64,000 nucleotides of DNA from assembly GCA_030141605.1 (NCBI GenBank), contig JAQGDQ010000069.1, positions 67,126 to 131,125 on the forward strand, given 5' to 3'. Positions 23,401 through 38,400 of the stretch are shown here, one piece after another. How positions within the stretch are numbered: the stretch's first letter is position 1; the number at the start of each line of letters is the position of its first letter. Source of the DNA: Tubiluchus corallicola (taxonomy: Eukaryota; Animalia; Priapulida). A program made the translations under genes and the position numbers. The notes beneath the pieces were generated by a model. That model saw nothing but the letters and a program-made list of their open reading frames with translations. It was not told the origin of the DNA and ran no database searches.

Positions 23401-26400
23401 AGCTTGAAAACAGATTTTACTGGAATACTTAAAAAATTACATTTTGCAATGCAGTACTGTGTGCCTGGTATGTATGTGCTAAAAATAACAAAATCTAAAA
23501 AATGTCGAGTTTGAAAAAGTTGAGTGACACATACTAGTATTTCTTTTTTTGTACAGTCTGGCACTCTGCAGGCTAGGATCCAATGATAAGGCTGCTTCCT
23601 TAAGATGGTTGTGGCAGGACTAGAATCTATGCAGTTATGCAGCTTGTCTAACATTTAAATGCGTCCTGGAGTTGAGCAGGTAGTTTTCGACTTACGACCA
23701 CATTATATTCTAGCAGATTGGTCGTAAGATGTAATTAAAGTGCTGCATCCCTACATACAAGACGTTGTGCTATGGATGTGCGCTAATATGGCGGCGCCTA
23801 CGATGAATTTATGAAAACAAATAGCAATTTAAAATTAATTTGTTTAAAAAAATAAAAGGCAATATGAGTTATAATTGGACTTGTATAACTAATTAATTAT
23901 TCCGGTTGGTTGCAAAGTCAAGCTGTCGTAAGTCGATGACTACCTGCGTAATTTTATACGGTTTTGCCATACTTGACCAATCTCACGCCATCTTGTGTCC
24001 ACGACTTTTCTGGTGTCCAATCCAAGTGTTATAAACTTTAAACAGGGTACAAACATATTTAAAGTTGTATAACAACCACAAAATCATCAACTTTACCTGT
24101 ATATTTTCTACAATCACTTTGTCAAATTCTGTCATGAAATCTTCATCCTCCACGCACTCGATTCGCTTTGGTCCACCTGACAGGACGAGTACATTATCAT
24201 CTTCTTCCTCCTCACCTAGAGAGTCGAGAACATCCTCACTGTCACCCACGCCCTCATCTTGCACCTGAAAAAACGTAGTAAATGAGAAACAAATCATATT
24301 ACAAAAAAAATCAATAAAGTGAGAAAACCGATGTTAAATTTTTTATTTTGAAAAATGAGATCAGCAGAATACACAGACATTATTTATTAATAACAACAGA
24401 ACTAAGTTAGTAACCAACTAAAAATGAACAAGGCAATTTAGACAATTTGCAGTTGTGAGTAACAAACTACACCTGAAGTCAATTTTATACGATAATCGAC
24501 CACAATTAAAATACGTGCTTAAGTATCAGCTTAAAAACATGGTAACTTATTAAGAAGTTAGTTCAATGTGTTTTGCAGACTCTATCAATGAACCAAACTG
24601 CACAAATTAGACCATTTTAAATGCTTTAACATGTCTCAAGTAAATGCTAATTTAACAAAATAATTACTATCATTCAGAGTTTTCCACCAGCAAGGAAAAC
24701 CCGAATTTGATTATACAAATTACATGCATATAGCTTCAAATAAGATGAGTAAGTATTTGTCTACATGCTTGCATAATTAAACAATTCTAATTTAATAATA
24801 TTTTCTATTTCTTGCTAATGTCATAATTATATCTTGGTATAAACAACGTCAACAGTTTTCAGAAACTTTTCATCAAATTACTGCACCATTTTCGCAAAAA
24901 ACGAACGCGTTGAACGTGCATAAACATACCTCAGTAGGTTGACTTTGACTCTCGCTTCTGGTTCTATCTCCTGTTCGGTCCTCTCTGTCATCAGTGTCAC
25001 TCTCTTCCTCTCCTTCCTCACTGTACGGCACTTGAGACAGTTCCTCTGCTGACTCTTCAACTATTCAATACAGAAGAAAAAACCCAATAATTTGAAAAAA
25101 AGATGAACGCTAGTTACAAAACATGCTTCCAAAATTTTACTTATAAAGTGATAGATCGTAAATGACCTTTCTGCTACGCATGTCTGTCTTATAAAAAACC
25201 TAACTAAAAAGTAACACAGTTTTCTAATGTGAAAAATAAATTTTAAACATTTTTACAATGCCACTTTTCTAAGTAATAAGGAATTTAGTATAAATTGCTT
25301 ATGTAAGACATTGCTTTTAAGCACTGACTGCTTCTTTGCAGCATTTCTATCAACATCTGGCTGTTGTTGTTTACGTGGTCTACAGTCAAATTCATCTATT
25401 AAATAGCTCATATATTAAAAGTGAAGACATATCATTCAGCATATGACTAAAACACTCGCACTGGTTCAGTGACTCATCTCAAAGAGTTACTCTTAATATT
25501 GAGTTAGGTTCCAATCTTGCCACAAATGTCAATATTAAACAAATCCTGTCGTGAAATGTTTGGCTTGCAGCGTGCTGAAGAGTACATAAAATTATCTATA
25601 TAATTGATTAAAACAGGGGTGTGCAAATTGCGGCCCGCGGGCCATTTGCGGCCCGCCGAGAGAATTTGTGCGGCCCGTGAAGAGATTTGTCAACCTAGTG
25701 AACGTGCGGCTCGGGGGATTAATTGAGTGTATCCAGCTGAAGCCTGTGCCACGATCCCAAAGATAGTGCGGGTAGTTTTTTCTACTAGATCGGATGCCAT
25801 TAACCCTTACAAGACGGTTATAGCTTAATGTCACTGTACTACACAGACTGTGTGATACACATTACTAATATGCATTGTAATGAAATTACCACTATCTGTC
25901 CTGAAAGTAGAAATATATGGTTTGTAATATAAATTTTAATAACTTCTAAAATAGTTTCTTGAGTGTAGTAGTAATGATGTACGCAGGTCGGATGCAAAAA
26001 ATCGTTATTAGGCCCTACTGTACTTGGCTCCTCGATCAAACTGCCTGTGGCCCGCAGGAATTGCAGGAAAGTTTAATGTGGCTAGTCAGATAATTTGCAC
26101 ACCCCTGGGTTAAAATTATCTTTAAAGCTCTTCTTCCTGCTAATGTGCAGAAAAATGGCAGCCTAAATTGACTGTAAACCAATAACAGTTATTATATACC
26201 TGTTGATTCATCAACCTCCTGTATGGCATCAAGACCCTCCTCCCGGGGTAAAGGTTGAAATATCAGCTCTTGCTTTTCGGGTGGTAAGGTTGCCTTTAAC
26301 TTTATCCTAAACACAAGAATGCATTATACGACTCTACAGTCTATCATGCCACAGAATGATCATTTAAGAAAACATGAAGCAGAGTGGAAAATGGGCGTTT

Positions 26401-29400
26401 TCATACATTTCAGTGAGACAAGTATCCTTTGTCTATGTTTATATATATATATATTTCTCGGTTTTGGTAATGTACAACAATTTATACATGTACCACTTAT
26501 CAGTATTTGATTACTAAAAATTAACATAGTAATTCAACACGAAAACTTGTGTTATCAGCACAATACAATAATTCATCCAGTAAGGATGGAATCACAAAAC
26601 CAGAGAAAGAAACATCTTTAACTGTAACAAAGTTAGCATTTTTAACTGGTTATTAATAATCAGAATAAGTCATTTGCAAAACAACTGCACTTGAACATCA
26701 ATTAGTACTGCCACCTAGTGACAATAAAAGATTAAATCACTTACCATACAGCTTTGTCATTTCTTATCAATAATTATACTTAGCTACCCACCTGTACTCA
26801 GTCTCCAACTCTTCAACTGCTTTCAAGGCTTCCTCGTATGTGTCTACAAGTTTAAACTGCGGACGGAGGGCCTCTATGCACTCCGTTAACATATATTTGA
26901 CATCCATCGGCCATGGGAATTCGGGCTTCCACACAGGATGACATTTTTTGAACAAGATGTATTTCTGAAATGGAGAAAGTGAACAAAAAAGAATAGAATG
27001 AATCACCATTAATAAAACCATCACCATCTAAATATTAGTGATGTAGATCAACTAGGTTGTCTCACAGATATTGCTCACACTTATTGGGCTTGTTCATGGA
27101 TAAGCAATGACTTAGAATTAACTAGGCTGACAACTTAACATTAGGCATTGACTGATACTATGTAGCACAGGTTGAGTTAGTACTAAACAGAATCAGCCTC
27201 CAAATATACTCAAAACATTTAATGTACAATCATTTACAGCACATCTTGCATTAGAAACGAAATGGATGGAAGCGAATTATTAAAAAATATTAAGATATAA
27301 TATTAAAAAATATATATTAAAAAATATTAAGATATAACATTAAAAAATATTATTAATTATATAAAAAATATTTATCGTACAAACACAATGGTAGAAATCG
27401 TGATTCTTGTCATGTCTGAAGCAGTGTAATATTAACATAGTGAATACTGTTATCACATAATTATTTTTTGCTAGTTAAGGCACAGCACATTTCTAATGCA
27501 CTACAAGAACTTTAAAATGGTGCAGGTTTGCTATTATGAGTGACAGAGTTATAAAGTTAAAAATGACAGAACAGATAAACCTACAAAAAACATGATCTTT
27601 AAAATCATCATTTTTATCTTGCCACTGCACTAGACTAAACACAATTTCCTTACAGGATAATGCTACAAAGTATTTGCAGCCTTACATTACATTACATGAA
27701 TAAAATGACAGCATCAAAAATAACAACATTTGGTTACTAGGACATTTAACTACATTGAAACAGTAAATTCATCTGGAATTTCTGGTTACATCGTGAAAAT
27801 GAAACTTATACCAAAACGACGTAAGTTTCAGTGAAAAGAAATTACTGAATTGGCCGTGAATTTGTGTCAAAGTAACAGTATCGGTCATCCAAACAGTAAG
27901 CAAAAAGTCAAAAAATTTCTAAATTATGCAAGCATTATGGTAGGCAGTTGTACAAACAAGAAAGCCTGGAAAATAAACAGCCCAAAAAAATCTACTTTAT
28001 CAACAGGAAAGGTGCATTTTGCAAACATGATTAAAGGTCTACCTCTCATGTGAACACGATTTCGCAAATCACGACAGCAGCAAACTCGCCAAGGTAGAAT
28101 TTAACACACAATCTCTGAAGTGAAATTGCCAGACCACTGCGCCACATTCAGAAGCCAGGTGCATTTATACAATTGAATTAAAAAATGCAGTTACAGTAAT
28201 TACCTGAAAGTAGACTAGGAAGCAGTCCAGCTTTTTCTTGCTTGACCCTCGGTTAAAGTATTGACCGCATGTGTCCAGTAGTGTGCAGATGAGACGAATA
28301 CGAAATAAATGTTCCGGCGGATCCAGATCAGATGCCACTTCATCTAAAAATTTACAAACAGAAGATTTACATAACACATTGAGTTTGTAACTATTGTTAG
28401 TTCTAAATTAGTAATAATTTACGACTGATATTTGAAGCTGGTCAGTGGGAATTAAGATTTCAAATATTGCAAGAGTATTCATTTTTCACAAAGAACATAA
28501 TTTAAAAATTTTGCACAGTTTGCTACTTGAAATCAGGCATCTATAATTTTTTCCAACATTTTTGCATCACATTAAATCTTTTTTCTCTAATAGATTTTAG
28601 TTAAACAGAATTGCTTCAAATATGGAAGTCTTTAAACACGGAAGCATAAGATATTTTTCTAATTAAGGACAAGTGCAACAAGATTATCACATATCAAAGA
28701 TTTTACTTCACAACATAGTTGTAATTATATTATAGAAACCCGAATACGTAGGAGTGAGATCTGAAAGCAACAACTACATACATATTACTTATACATAAGC
28801 AAAACAAACCAAAGTACATCGAAGTGAAATCTGAAGGCGAGAACTAGGTATGTAATACATATAGTTTTTTTTATCTAGAATTTTTGCCAGAATTTTGACT
28901 TAACTCAGGGATGATTTTCAAAAGGGAAATGCAAAGGGCTCTAACTGGTACACACAGAACAATTTATAGATATCAAAGCTTTGTAGATAAAACAAATATA
29001 GATTGTGTTAAGCGGCTACCAAGTTGCCCACTTTTTTACAAATTTATCATTAACTATCATGTGAACATTAACTATCATAGCTCCAAAATATCTTAAAGGA
29101 AAGAATGTGTTCTTTAGCATGTTGGGTTTATATTACTGCTATCATGCAAACTTAGAAAAATATAGCAAAAAAAAATTTGCAAAAACTGTGTATAAAGCAT
29201 AAAGTTAATTTATATTCTGTAACAAAATTTTCAGGTGTGCAGTGGTAGCTGCTATTCACTTGAAAATAATGAAGAGACTGGTGGATTTCATGACTTTTCA
29301 AAAGCGATTGCTGTCTAAACTAATTCAAACTTCTGCAACTTACCTAATGTTCATGCAAAAATATCATAAAATTAGTTATTTAATTTTCTTGTAAAAACAT

Positions 29401-32400
29401 ACTTTTGGCAGAAATTGACAGTGTGTTGCTTTTCTTCAGTTGATGAATGGCATCATTAGTCGAAAAATGAACATTCAAAATGGTACCGGCCAAAGATAAA
29501 ATGATCGCAACTATAAAGTGACATTACTGAGTACACGAGATGCTTATTGCAGTTTTATTATTAAATACTTTTAATATTTTTCGCAAACAGTGAACTAAGC
29601 CTTACTTGACGGAATGCTTGTTTTTCCTTTAAAAATGCAAAATGACAGAAATGGTACTTACAATTGTAAACGACACCAAAAGTGACAAAAGAGTAGAGAG
29701 TCTTGAAAATCACACTGCTCTCCAGCATGCGATAGTTATACAACTCTCCAAGAAATTTGACAGCAGTAACCCTCCTCTGATTGTACCTAGGATGGTTTAC
29801 CTCCATTCCCAGCCGAATATCCTCCAGGATAGCGTCAACTACCTGCGGACCCACATGCTCCTGGAAAAAGAATTAGTAAGGTTACTAAGTTCACACTAAG
29901 TGAAATAAAAAAGTACCACTAAATATTCATTTTCAATTAAAATCACTAACAAAACACAAAACACTATTTTATACAACACTAAAAATGCAAAAGTATCAAA
30001 AGTTATTAAATGCCTACATAGGCAGTGCAACTCCCTGTAAGCCTTGAATTAGCTTTCAACATTAAGCTTACTTAATATACATTGCTGTGGCAATACTGGT
30101 ATCTTTCTCATTATTACGAATAAATTGGGAGGGTATTTTGACATATGATCGGATCATATCGGATCGCATACATCCTTTCTCAATAAAAAAATTAGGTACA
30201 GCTGCTAGGGTAGTATGTTAGATGTTTTGCAAACAATCAGGTATTTTTTAACTGACAAAACTCATTGCTTAACTTCGGTCCCTAAGTGCCACTTGATCAC
30301 TGGCAAAAAAGTCTTTTGGAAGAAACTAAATATTATTTTACGAAAAGCTGTGTCTCTAATCATGTCTAGAAATTTGAAAAACCTTATTTGTAAAAACTAA
30401 TAGAAATCTGTATCTTATTAATTATTATAACCATTATTTGCTTTTGTTTAACTATATTATTTACCTGGTATGCTACTAATCCAGCCAGTACATTAGCTAC
30501 ACAGTGTATATTATTGTACTTCACATTCCATATAGAAGCCAAACATTTAATAATGTAAGATGCGATTAAATTATCATCCCAATTGAGCTTTCTCAGCTGT
30601 CTCAGTATCTAGAAAAAAACATAATTTTATGCTTGTCTATACTTTTCAAAATTTCATACAGGTGTAACTTAATGGAAACCACTAGGTGTTCTGAATGAGC
30701 ATGCAACATTCGTAAGAAAATAACTGTTGCCAACATAAAAAAAACAGATAGGAAAACAATGCAAAATGTTATCATAGAAGAACAGTTTGATAGCGATGTT
30801 GTTTGCAGTGAAATAAATTTCTAGTATTCTTAGTAGCTAATACTGATTTTTTTAGCAATACATTTATATATATATCAATATTATATATAACTGGTATGTA
30901 TGTATATATATATAAATACATACCCCTTATATATAACATTGATCAATTAATGTCGTGAAAAAACCCAAACGGCCACAAAAACAAACTTAATGATTACAAA
31001 AAAACATCATTTTTGCTAATTCCACTGTTTATCACTCGAAGTAGCTTTAAAAGTCATCACCTTCTCTGTATTACTCTTAGAAAGTTCATTGTATATCAAT
31101 TTTCGTATGTACTGATGCATTGGGGGCCGAACTTTCTCCTGTTTTTTCTCTACTGTTGGTGGATTACAGTAGTAGAAAGCATTCTCCACCATTGTAGACT
31201 GGCGACTGTCCAAATGCTGCACAGTTTTCTTGCGAATCATTTGCTCCTGTAATAAAAATGGCATTAGCAGTCTATAAATAATGTAAACAACAGAATTGTG
31301 TAGATGAAGGCGAATTTGTTTTTCGATCCATTTAAAGTTTACAAATCTATAAAAAACTGAAATTTGCAATTTTAGATGTTACCATTAGCAGAAATGGTGC
31401 TGACAAGTGGCGTGGCAGTTCTTAGTGAATAAAGATAGAGTTCTTTGATTAGGAATCTATCTAATGCCAATAACAAGTGCAATGGGCATTTGAGTACGGT
31501 AACAATGATGATGATTATTACAAATATGTCTTAAATAATTATGTGGCAAAAATTAATGCATACACAAGAATTTATGAGTTTTCATCGAAGTAATTTTATT
31601 AAAAATGTTTTAGTGACGACATATATACACGAAATTAAAATTAATAAAAGCTGAAATTTTGAAAGTGGTTAACAGCAAGTAATTTTATTGTTGTGTTTAA
31701 AGATAGAACAAATCTGACATGTTTGAAATTTGCATAAAAAAAACAAAGAAGTAGATATTCATACTTTTAGTGCAAAGGAAACTGAAAATAAAATACAATT
31801 TTAAAAAGCAAAAAATAAGTTTAACTTTGTATCAAAGGTTTTCAAGAAAGCAATTTGATTTTTCTTACCAGATAAATTTTAGTTCGATGGTGTGAGTCAG
31901 GTGATCTGAACAGAAAACGGCCACAAGACTCAAGTAAGTTACAAGCCATGTCAATGTTGTGATGTGAAAAGTCAAAAAGTAGAAGCTGAAATTTAATATC
32001 AAAAAGTAGAAGCTGAAATTTATAAATAACCTATTAGTGAAAACAACTTACAGAGGCTCTACCCTAGTAAACTTACTGTACATTTGACATTGGAACAGAT
32101 TACAAAAGTCTTGTTCTCTAGGCAAAGAAATAATCCAAGAAAATAATTACTAATTCACACTCACACATGCAAACACATTTCAAAGTTTTTAAAGCCAGTA
32201 ACTCACCACCTGTTCACCTTATCAGAGACAGGTAGATTTATTAGTGTATGAAAATGAGTCAGCAATCAGCACATTACATCTAACCTTGCTAAAAGCCAAA
32301 CAACCAGAAAACTTCAACAGAAAAAATGTAAAGAAATTCACTCCAGACATGTTATTATCCTCTCACGTTTCTTCTGGACCTTTTCTTACTAAAGATCTTA

Positions 32401-35400
32401 ACTTATTAAGTTAAGTTTTCCTTTTTTTAATAAAACATAAAATTTAAAAACATTCAGACTGGATAAAATATACTTTCAACAAACACATTCATTCAATGAT
32501 AATATTGCCACTCATTAAGTTAAACATGTTCAAAACGGGTTTCCTAAAATCACACATTTGCGACTTACTTCCATAAGGATCAAAAGCTTGTACTACTAAA
32601 TTACCAGTAATATAACAAGCCTGTTTATACAGATTTGTCCTATATACCTAAGATATCAAAATATCCATGAACTGGCAAGAAATGTAATAGATTTTACCTG
32701 ACTCATTTATCAGGTAAATGACCTGATTCACCCAAATCACATAACTGCAATTCACACCAAGATGATAAGAATATCAAACATTTGCAATTCTCATGTTGAA
32801 AAAGTATGTCTAAGTTTACCACTACTGTTTTCGGGTGTTTTTACATGGAAATTTTTCTTGTTCTTGCCTCATAATTCATTCTTAAAAAATTACTAAACAA
32901 ATCTAATACACTTAAACCTGAATAAAAAATGTAATTTATAAACGTAACATAAACAATACCTTTAGACAGTAAAGGGTTTCAGCTTTGGGATAAATCCTGA
33001 ACTTTGTCAGCTCACCGATGAAGCGCACAACCTTCACTTTTCCTTCAATCTTCATTTGATCTTTTTTCCGAACCTAGCAATGCACAAACGTAAGTTAAGA
33101 AAAGCCGGTTATAAAAAACACAAATATGAATTAACAACAATTCAGGAGCTGCAGATGTGTTATAACCATCTGTAAATAAACATGAATTAGTCCATGAAAG
33201 AGTTTTCTAACTTAAGATACATGGATGAATGTGAAACTACCTGAAATTTGAAGTCAACTTTTAGCATATGTCCCAGCTCCTCGGCTAAATCAGGCAAGCA
33301 AGGGTTTAGTGCTGCCACCAAACGAGCATAAAACGGCAGCAAATCCAACCTACACAAATAAACAGATGTATTATATGCAATATGATATTCGAAAAAAATT
33401 GGTCTGCTACATTTATATTAGGCCTTGGTAAAAAATCTTACATTCAAATGTTGCAATCCTTAAACATTAACATAGAAAGTTTGTAAAAAATTTGTAATGC
33501 ATTTTTTAAACAGTTAATCAAAACAAAAACAACTGAGTGCAAGAAAGTTAAGCTACCTGGATCTCGGTACGAGGAAAAGTGCACGGGCAAGCTTTCTCCG
33601 ATTCACTTTAGTGTTCAAGTTCATACAGAACTCCAGGGCTGCCTTGTCTATAAGATCCCTAAAAACAGAAAGTATAAAATTATTATGCTAAAAGCTACGT
33701 CATGTGTAAATTCTAAAGTAGAAAAATGAACATATGCTCTAGTGACACGACTAATTAAAAAATGGTTAGATTTTGAATAATATAATCTGTTTACCAAACC
33801 AGTAACTACCAAGGTTCTAATCCAAATGCCAAAATAAAATTTTCATAAATCCCATTTTAGCAAATAACTGCTTTTACAAAAACATGATTTAACTTTGAAA
33901 TTTTAATTCCATAAATGACAGAAGTTTATTTGTAAGCTGACAAAACAACTCCATGCCTCACTATCTTTCTTTGAGCCAGAAAAGATATTCGATATGATTT
34001 TTTTAATATTTGAACCCGAAAAAGATATTTGAATTGTATTTGTTTATGATTTTTCTAATACAACAGAGCACAAAATGCCAGGATTAGAATTCTTGTTTCT
34101 AGTAGAAGTTTGGTTGCCACATTGGCCGTCATGGTTTCCACGAACACGATTAAGTTTACATGACTATTGTACCGCCAGACTTATTTGAAAAACTGTTTAC
34201 ATAGTTCCAAGCAAATAATAATTTTCATACTTATTTCCGTGTGCTCAGCTTACACTACTGTAAGTCTACAAATACAAAATTTACCAAAAGAAAAAGAACT
34301 GACTGTTTCTGCAATGACTAACCTATTAACACAGTTTGGTAAATTATTGAGAAAATCCTCCATCATGTGTTTCATGGTTAGATTCACATTTTCCCCTTCC
34401 TCTTCTGGTTCATCGGAAAAGGACACCGGCTCCTCAATCTCCTCCTCTTCCATTTTCCCTTCTTCATTTCTTGCCTCCTCAATTTCTAAATTAGCCATTT
34501 CTGAAAAATGCAGCAAAAACATGTTGCATGAAACCACTGATAAACCAGACAGCAATTATTCAATTAAACTTCTGGTTGCCGAAACAACCAATGGCATAGC
34601 TTATGTAAGTGTCACCCGGTGCAGAGACTAACAGTGCCACCTGGTACAGAGACTATCAGTGCCACCTGGTACAGAGACTATCAATGTCAACCCCCTGGCA
34701 TCCAGCTAGAGGGTCTGAAGGTCTGGCAGTGTCCTGCCCACAAAAACATTTTTCTGCATTTTAACCCATTTTTGAGACCTCTGCAGCATGCATGAAGAGC
34801 AGAGTTCACACGTGAATTTAAATGTAATTGCTAAAAAATTTGAACAAAAATGAAATCCAAACTTGGAAAAAGTGAAAGAGGCTAGAAATAGTTTTATAGT
34901 TTGCTTAAATAAGGCACAGAAATAAAGTCAGCCAAAGTTGGAGAAAATAATTAATGACAAAAGCAGAAAATCAATTACGATTATTACCTTCCTCTAATAA
35001 AGCTTCATCGCTAACCTCTACAGCATTAGCATCTAGAGTACTATCACTGCCAGCAGAAGTGTTTTGTTGAGCTTTCTCACTACTAGCACTGTCCTTGAAC
35101 AGGATAGCTGGAACAAGAGCCTTCAGATCAGGAATGTTTTCATAGAACGAGCGAGTATCATCGTCTTCCCATAATGCTGTGTCACCTTCGTACTGACACT
35201 AGAAAAACCAACACATAAACTGTGTGCTATATAGTATTGCTAACAATACTGTTTATTAATTAGCTAAGACAGTAATGTAAGAATATTTGTTAATACAGTA
35301 CTTAATTTTAAAAGTAATCTATGAGCTTTCGAGCTAAATGTCACACAAAGTAGTAAAAAAAGTAGTCATGCTGAGTTTTAAATGAGGATCTCACCCGTGC

Positions 35401-38400
35401 AGTAATATATTACGTGTTTTCGGGGCAAAGCTCATCACTCACGAATTCAGCTTTGCAAGTTTACAAACATTTGGGCAGTTTTAGTAAGCAATGTCTAACA
35501 ACACACACATTAAATTAAAATCATTTTAAATTTATGGTAAAAAAATGATAAATGCATGGGAAATTGTATTCCAACTTTCAACTAACTATATAAAAACTGC
35601 ACTGATAAACTAAGCTTCAACTATTCAAAAATATTTTGCTTCAATAGATTTTTCCTAAATTAGAGTAGTTCCTCAACTCCACTTATAAAGACGCAGTAAA
35701 CTTATGTCACACAATGATAAAACTACGAAGCGAAGCTGCAACAATGCTATTGGACAACAACTAAAATTTCAACAAGACAAGAAATCTTTACCTCAGCATT
35801 TCTAAAGGGATTATATATGTCAAAGGTTCCCACATCATCTTCTTTAAAAAGCGCTGATTTGTCTACAGGCAGGTCTGGCATGTCTTCGTCTAATATGTCC
35901 TAAAACAGACAGAACTGTGACACCACTCAGTCCATAAAGCTGGTGTCTTTTTATAGTTTTTACAGGCTTATTCAGACAACTAATTCATATCTAGTGGTTT
36001 AGCTACTCTAAATAAATAATAATAGCTAAAAATTTGACACTATTCTTGCAGTTTATAGAGAGTATTGGTTTAATCAGAGCACCACATGTTCAAATCCTGG
36101 CCGCAAGACAAATTTCTCACTAACTTTTGCACCATATTGGAATGCAACAATGTCTGTAAATTCATTATTCTAACTTTTATATACAGTTAAACCATATGGT
36201 GAAAACTCCATCCCCACACACAACACCTATCAATAATCACTTAACTGCAAAAAGCCTATGTGCAACACATGGTGCAGTTGATTTGTCGCAATTTACGAAG
36301 TACGATATATAATGTTCAAAACTAAATAATGTTTTCCAGTTATTATAGACAATGAATGACACCAAAAATTAATCTTGTAATGCAGTGTACACACTGACAA
36401 AAATTATACATACAGAAAAAGCAGCAGTATTGTTGTATAGTTTATCATATGCTATCTTGGCTTGCTCATATTTCTCCTTTCGTTCAGCACTAAGCTCGCC
36501 TTTCGTCTAAAGAAATGTAAATGACAAAAAATTTAAAAATACTGAAAAACAGCAAATTTGTAGTTCATCTATCTTCATTACCTATAATAAGATGTCAGTC
36601 GTGGATTTCAAATCCACCAAATCTTTAAAAAATAATGAAGATTTTATGTACAGGCTGTTTTGACAGTGTTCACCAAGGATCAGTTTTGGAACCTGTTTTC
36701 CTAAATGATATAATAAATAAATCTATGACACAATTATAAAAGATTAAAAACTTCACACCAGCTATATGAAATTAAAAGGAAATAATTCTTTAATCTTTTA
36801 ACTGTTACAATAAGTAAAATGCAAACCTGTAAAACTTTTCGATTTTGTCTGTCTAGGCCTTGCAAGTGCTTGTGTTCCTCACGTAAGTGGTTACACAAAG
36901 AACTGAAGTAATCTTTCAACAAGTTCCTGATAGATTTCTGCTTGTCTGCTGGATAGATCTACAAATGAGTTAAAATTGACACTTTCAGAAAATGGCAGAC
37001 TTCGCAACACATTTCAGTTTTTAAACAAAGCAAAATTTAACAAACCCGATGTTATCGTTGCACTTTTAAAACCAAAGTTGATCGAACAAACAAAAAAATT
37101 CTAAAGTATTCAAAGATTTTCAATCTACAAGAAGTTAAGTACTTTAAGTCATGTTACAAGCCATTTTTGCAGTGTCAAAACATTGTTTCAGACAACACAA
37201 CAAGAAGATGTCTCGTATATATAGCCGGGCAAGTCCACAATCTATTTTTGTCTGACGATTTTTGTGTACTGACACATGATGATAATTTAGCTCATACTGC
37301 TTTGTTTGTAGCTCCGCATATCGGCTAACAGATTTTAAAAGTCTTAATAGTCAAATATAATGTCACAACAAATACAAGAATGGTCAAAGCAAAATTAGAT
37401 TGCCACAAACACCCCCACACTGAAATTGGAAAAAGAAAAACTGGAATTGGAAACATCTTTTTAGCAGATTTCTTAACTTTGGTAATAAATGAGGTAGAAA
37501 AGTTATTTTATCCTATAATTATCTTAATCTTGATAATTACGCTATTGAAAAAAAAATTATCTCACAATTCCAGACTCCTTGCAAATTTCACAAGAAGTGA
37601 CTTAGCAATTTATCTAAAAAAAACTATATGAAATGAAAGAAGTTAGTGAAGCGTACCGTGGAACAAGGAATTGTAAGTTCGTATTTTTCGGCAAGTAGTC
37701 GTAATTTTCTTGACACTAGCCCAGCGTAATCCTCACCGCAATGTTTACAAAAACTCAGTATGATGGCAGCATTATTGTGCTCTTCTTTGTCGGACTGTAT
37801 CAGATATGACACCATAGCACCAAGCACAGGTATGCCTTCAGAATTTGTAAATATGCCACAAGCTATCAACTGCAGATAATAAAACAGTATTGTAACTTAA
37901 AGTATGCTGTAATTAAGGCACGCTGTATAAGCAAACCTAATTAAAATAAACACTTAACTCTCATAAATAAAAAAACACTTAAACTCAGTGTTATCAATGT
38001 GCCACAACTTATAAGATACTATTATACTGTTATATTATATGAAAGCACTGTTATATATTTGAAAAATAATTGTCAGTTTTTAATAATACGTAATAGATAC
38101 AAAAGCGCATTTTTTTGTTAAAGCAAAAATCTGGGTGATTACAGTTTATTTACTTTTTTGTTAAAGCAAACAACAAAAAAGTAAATAAACTGTAATCATC
38201 CTGATTTTCAAATGTTTCTATAGATAATAACATACACTCATATCTCGTTTTGCTGGACCTTGCTTTTACGGATACTGGAAAAATCAGACAAAATCTGGAC
38301 CGTTAAAAAGTCCCGCATACTACGCACACAGTCATTTATTTCGCGAGCTGACCGCTAGTCTGTTCACATCCAAGCACTGTGTAATTACACGTGTAGCTTG

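Noticed and set aside
34608-34689. CRISPR-like array
   Set aside because: Head-to-tail 25-bp units without spacers in a eukaryotic intron; an ordinary minisatellite.
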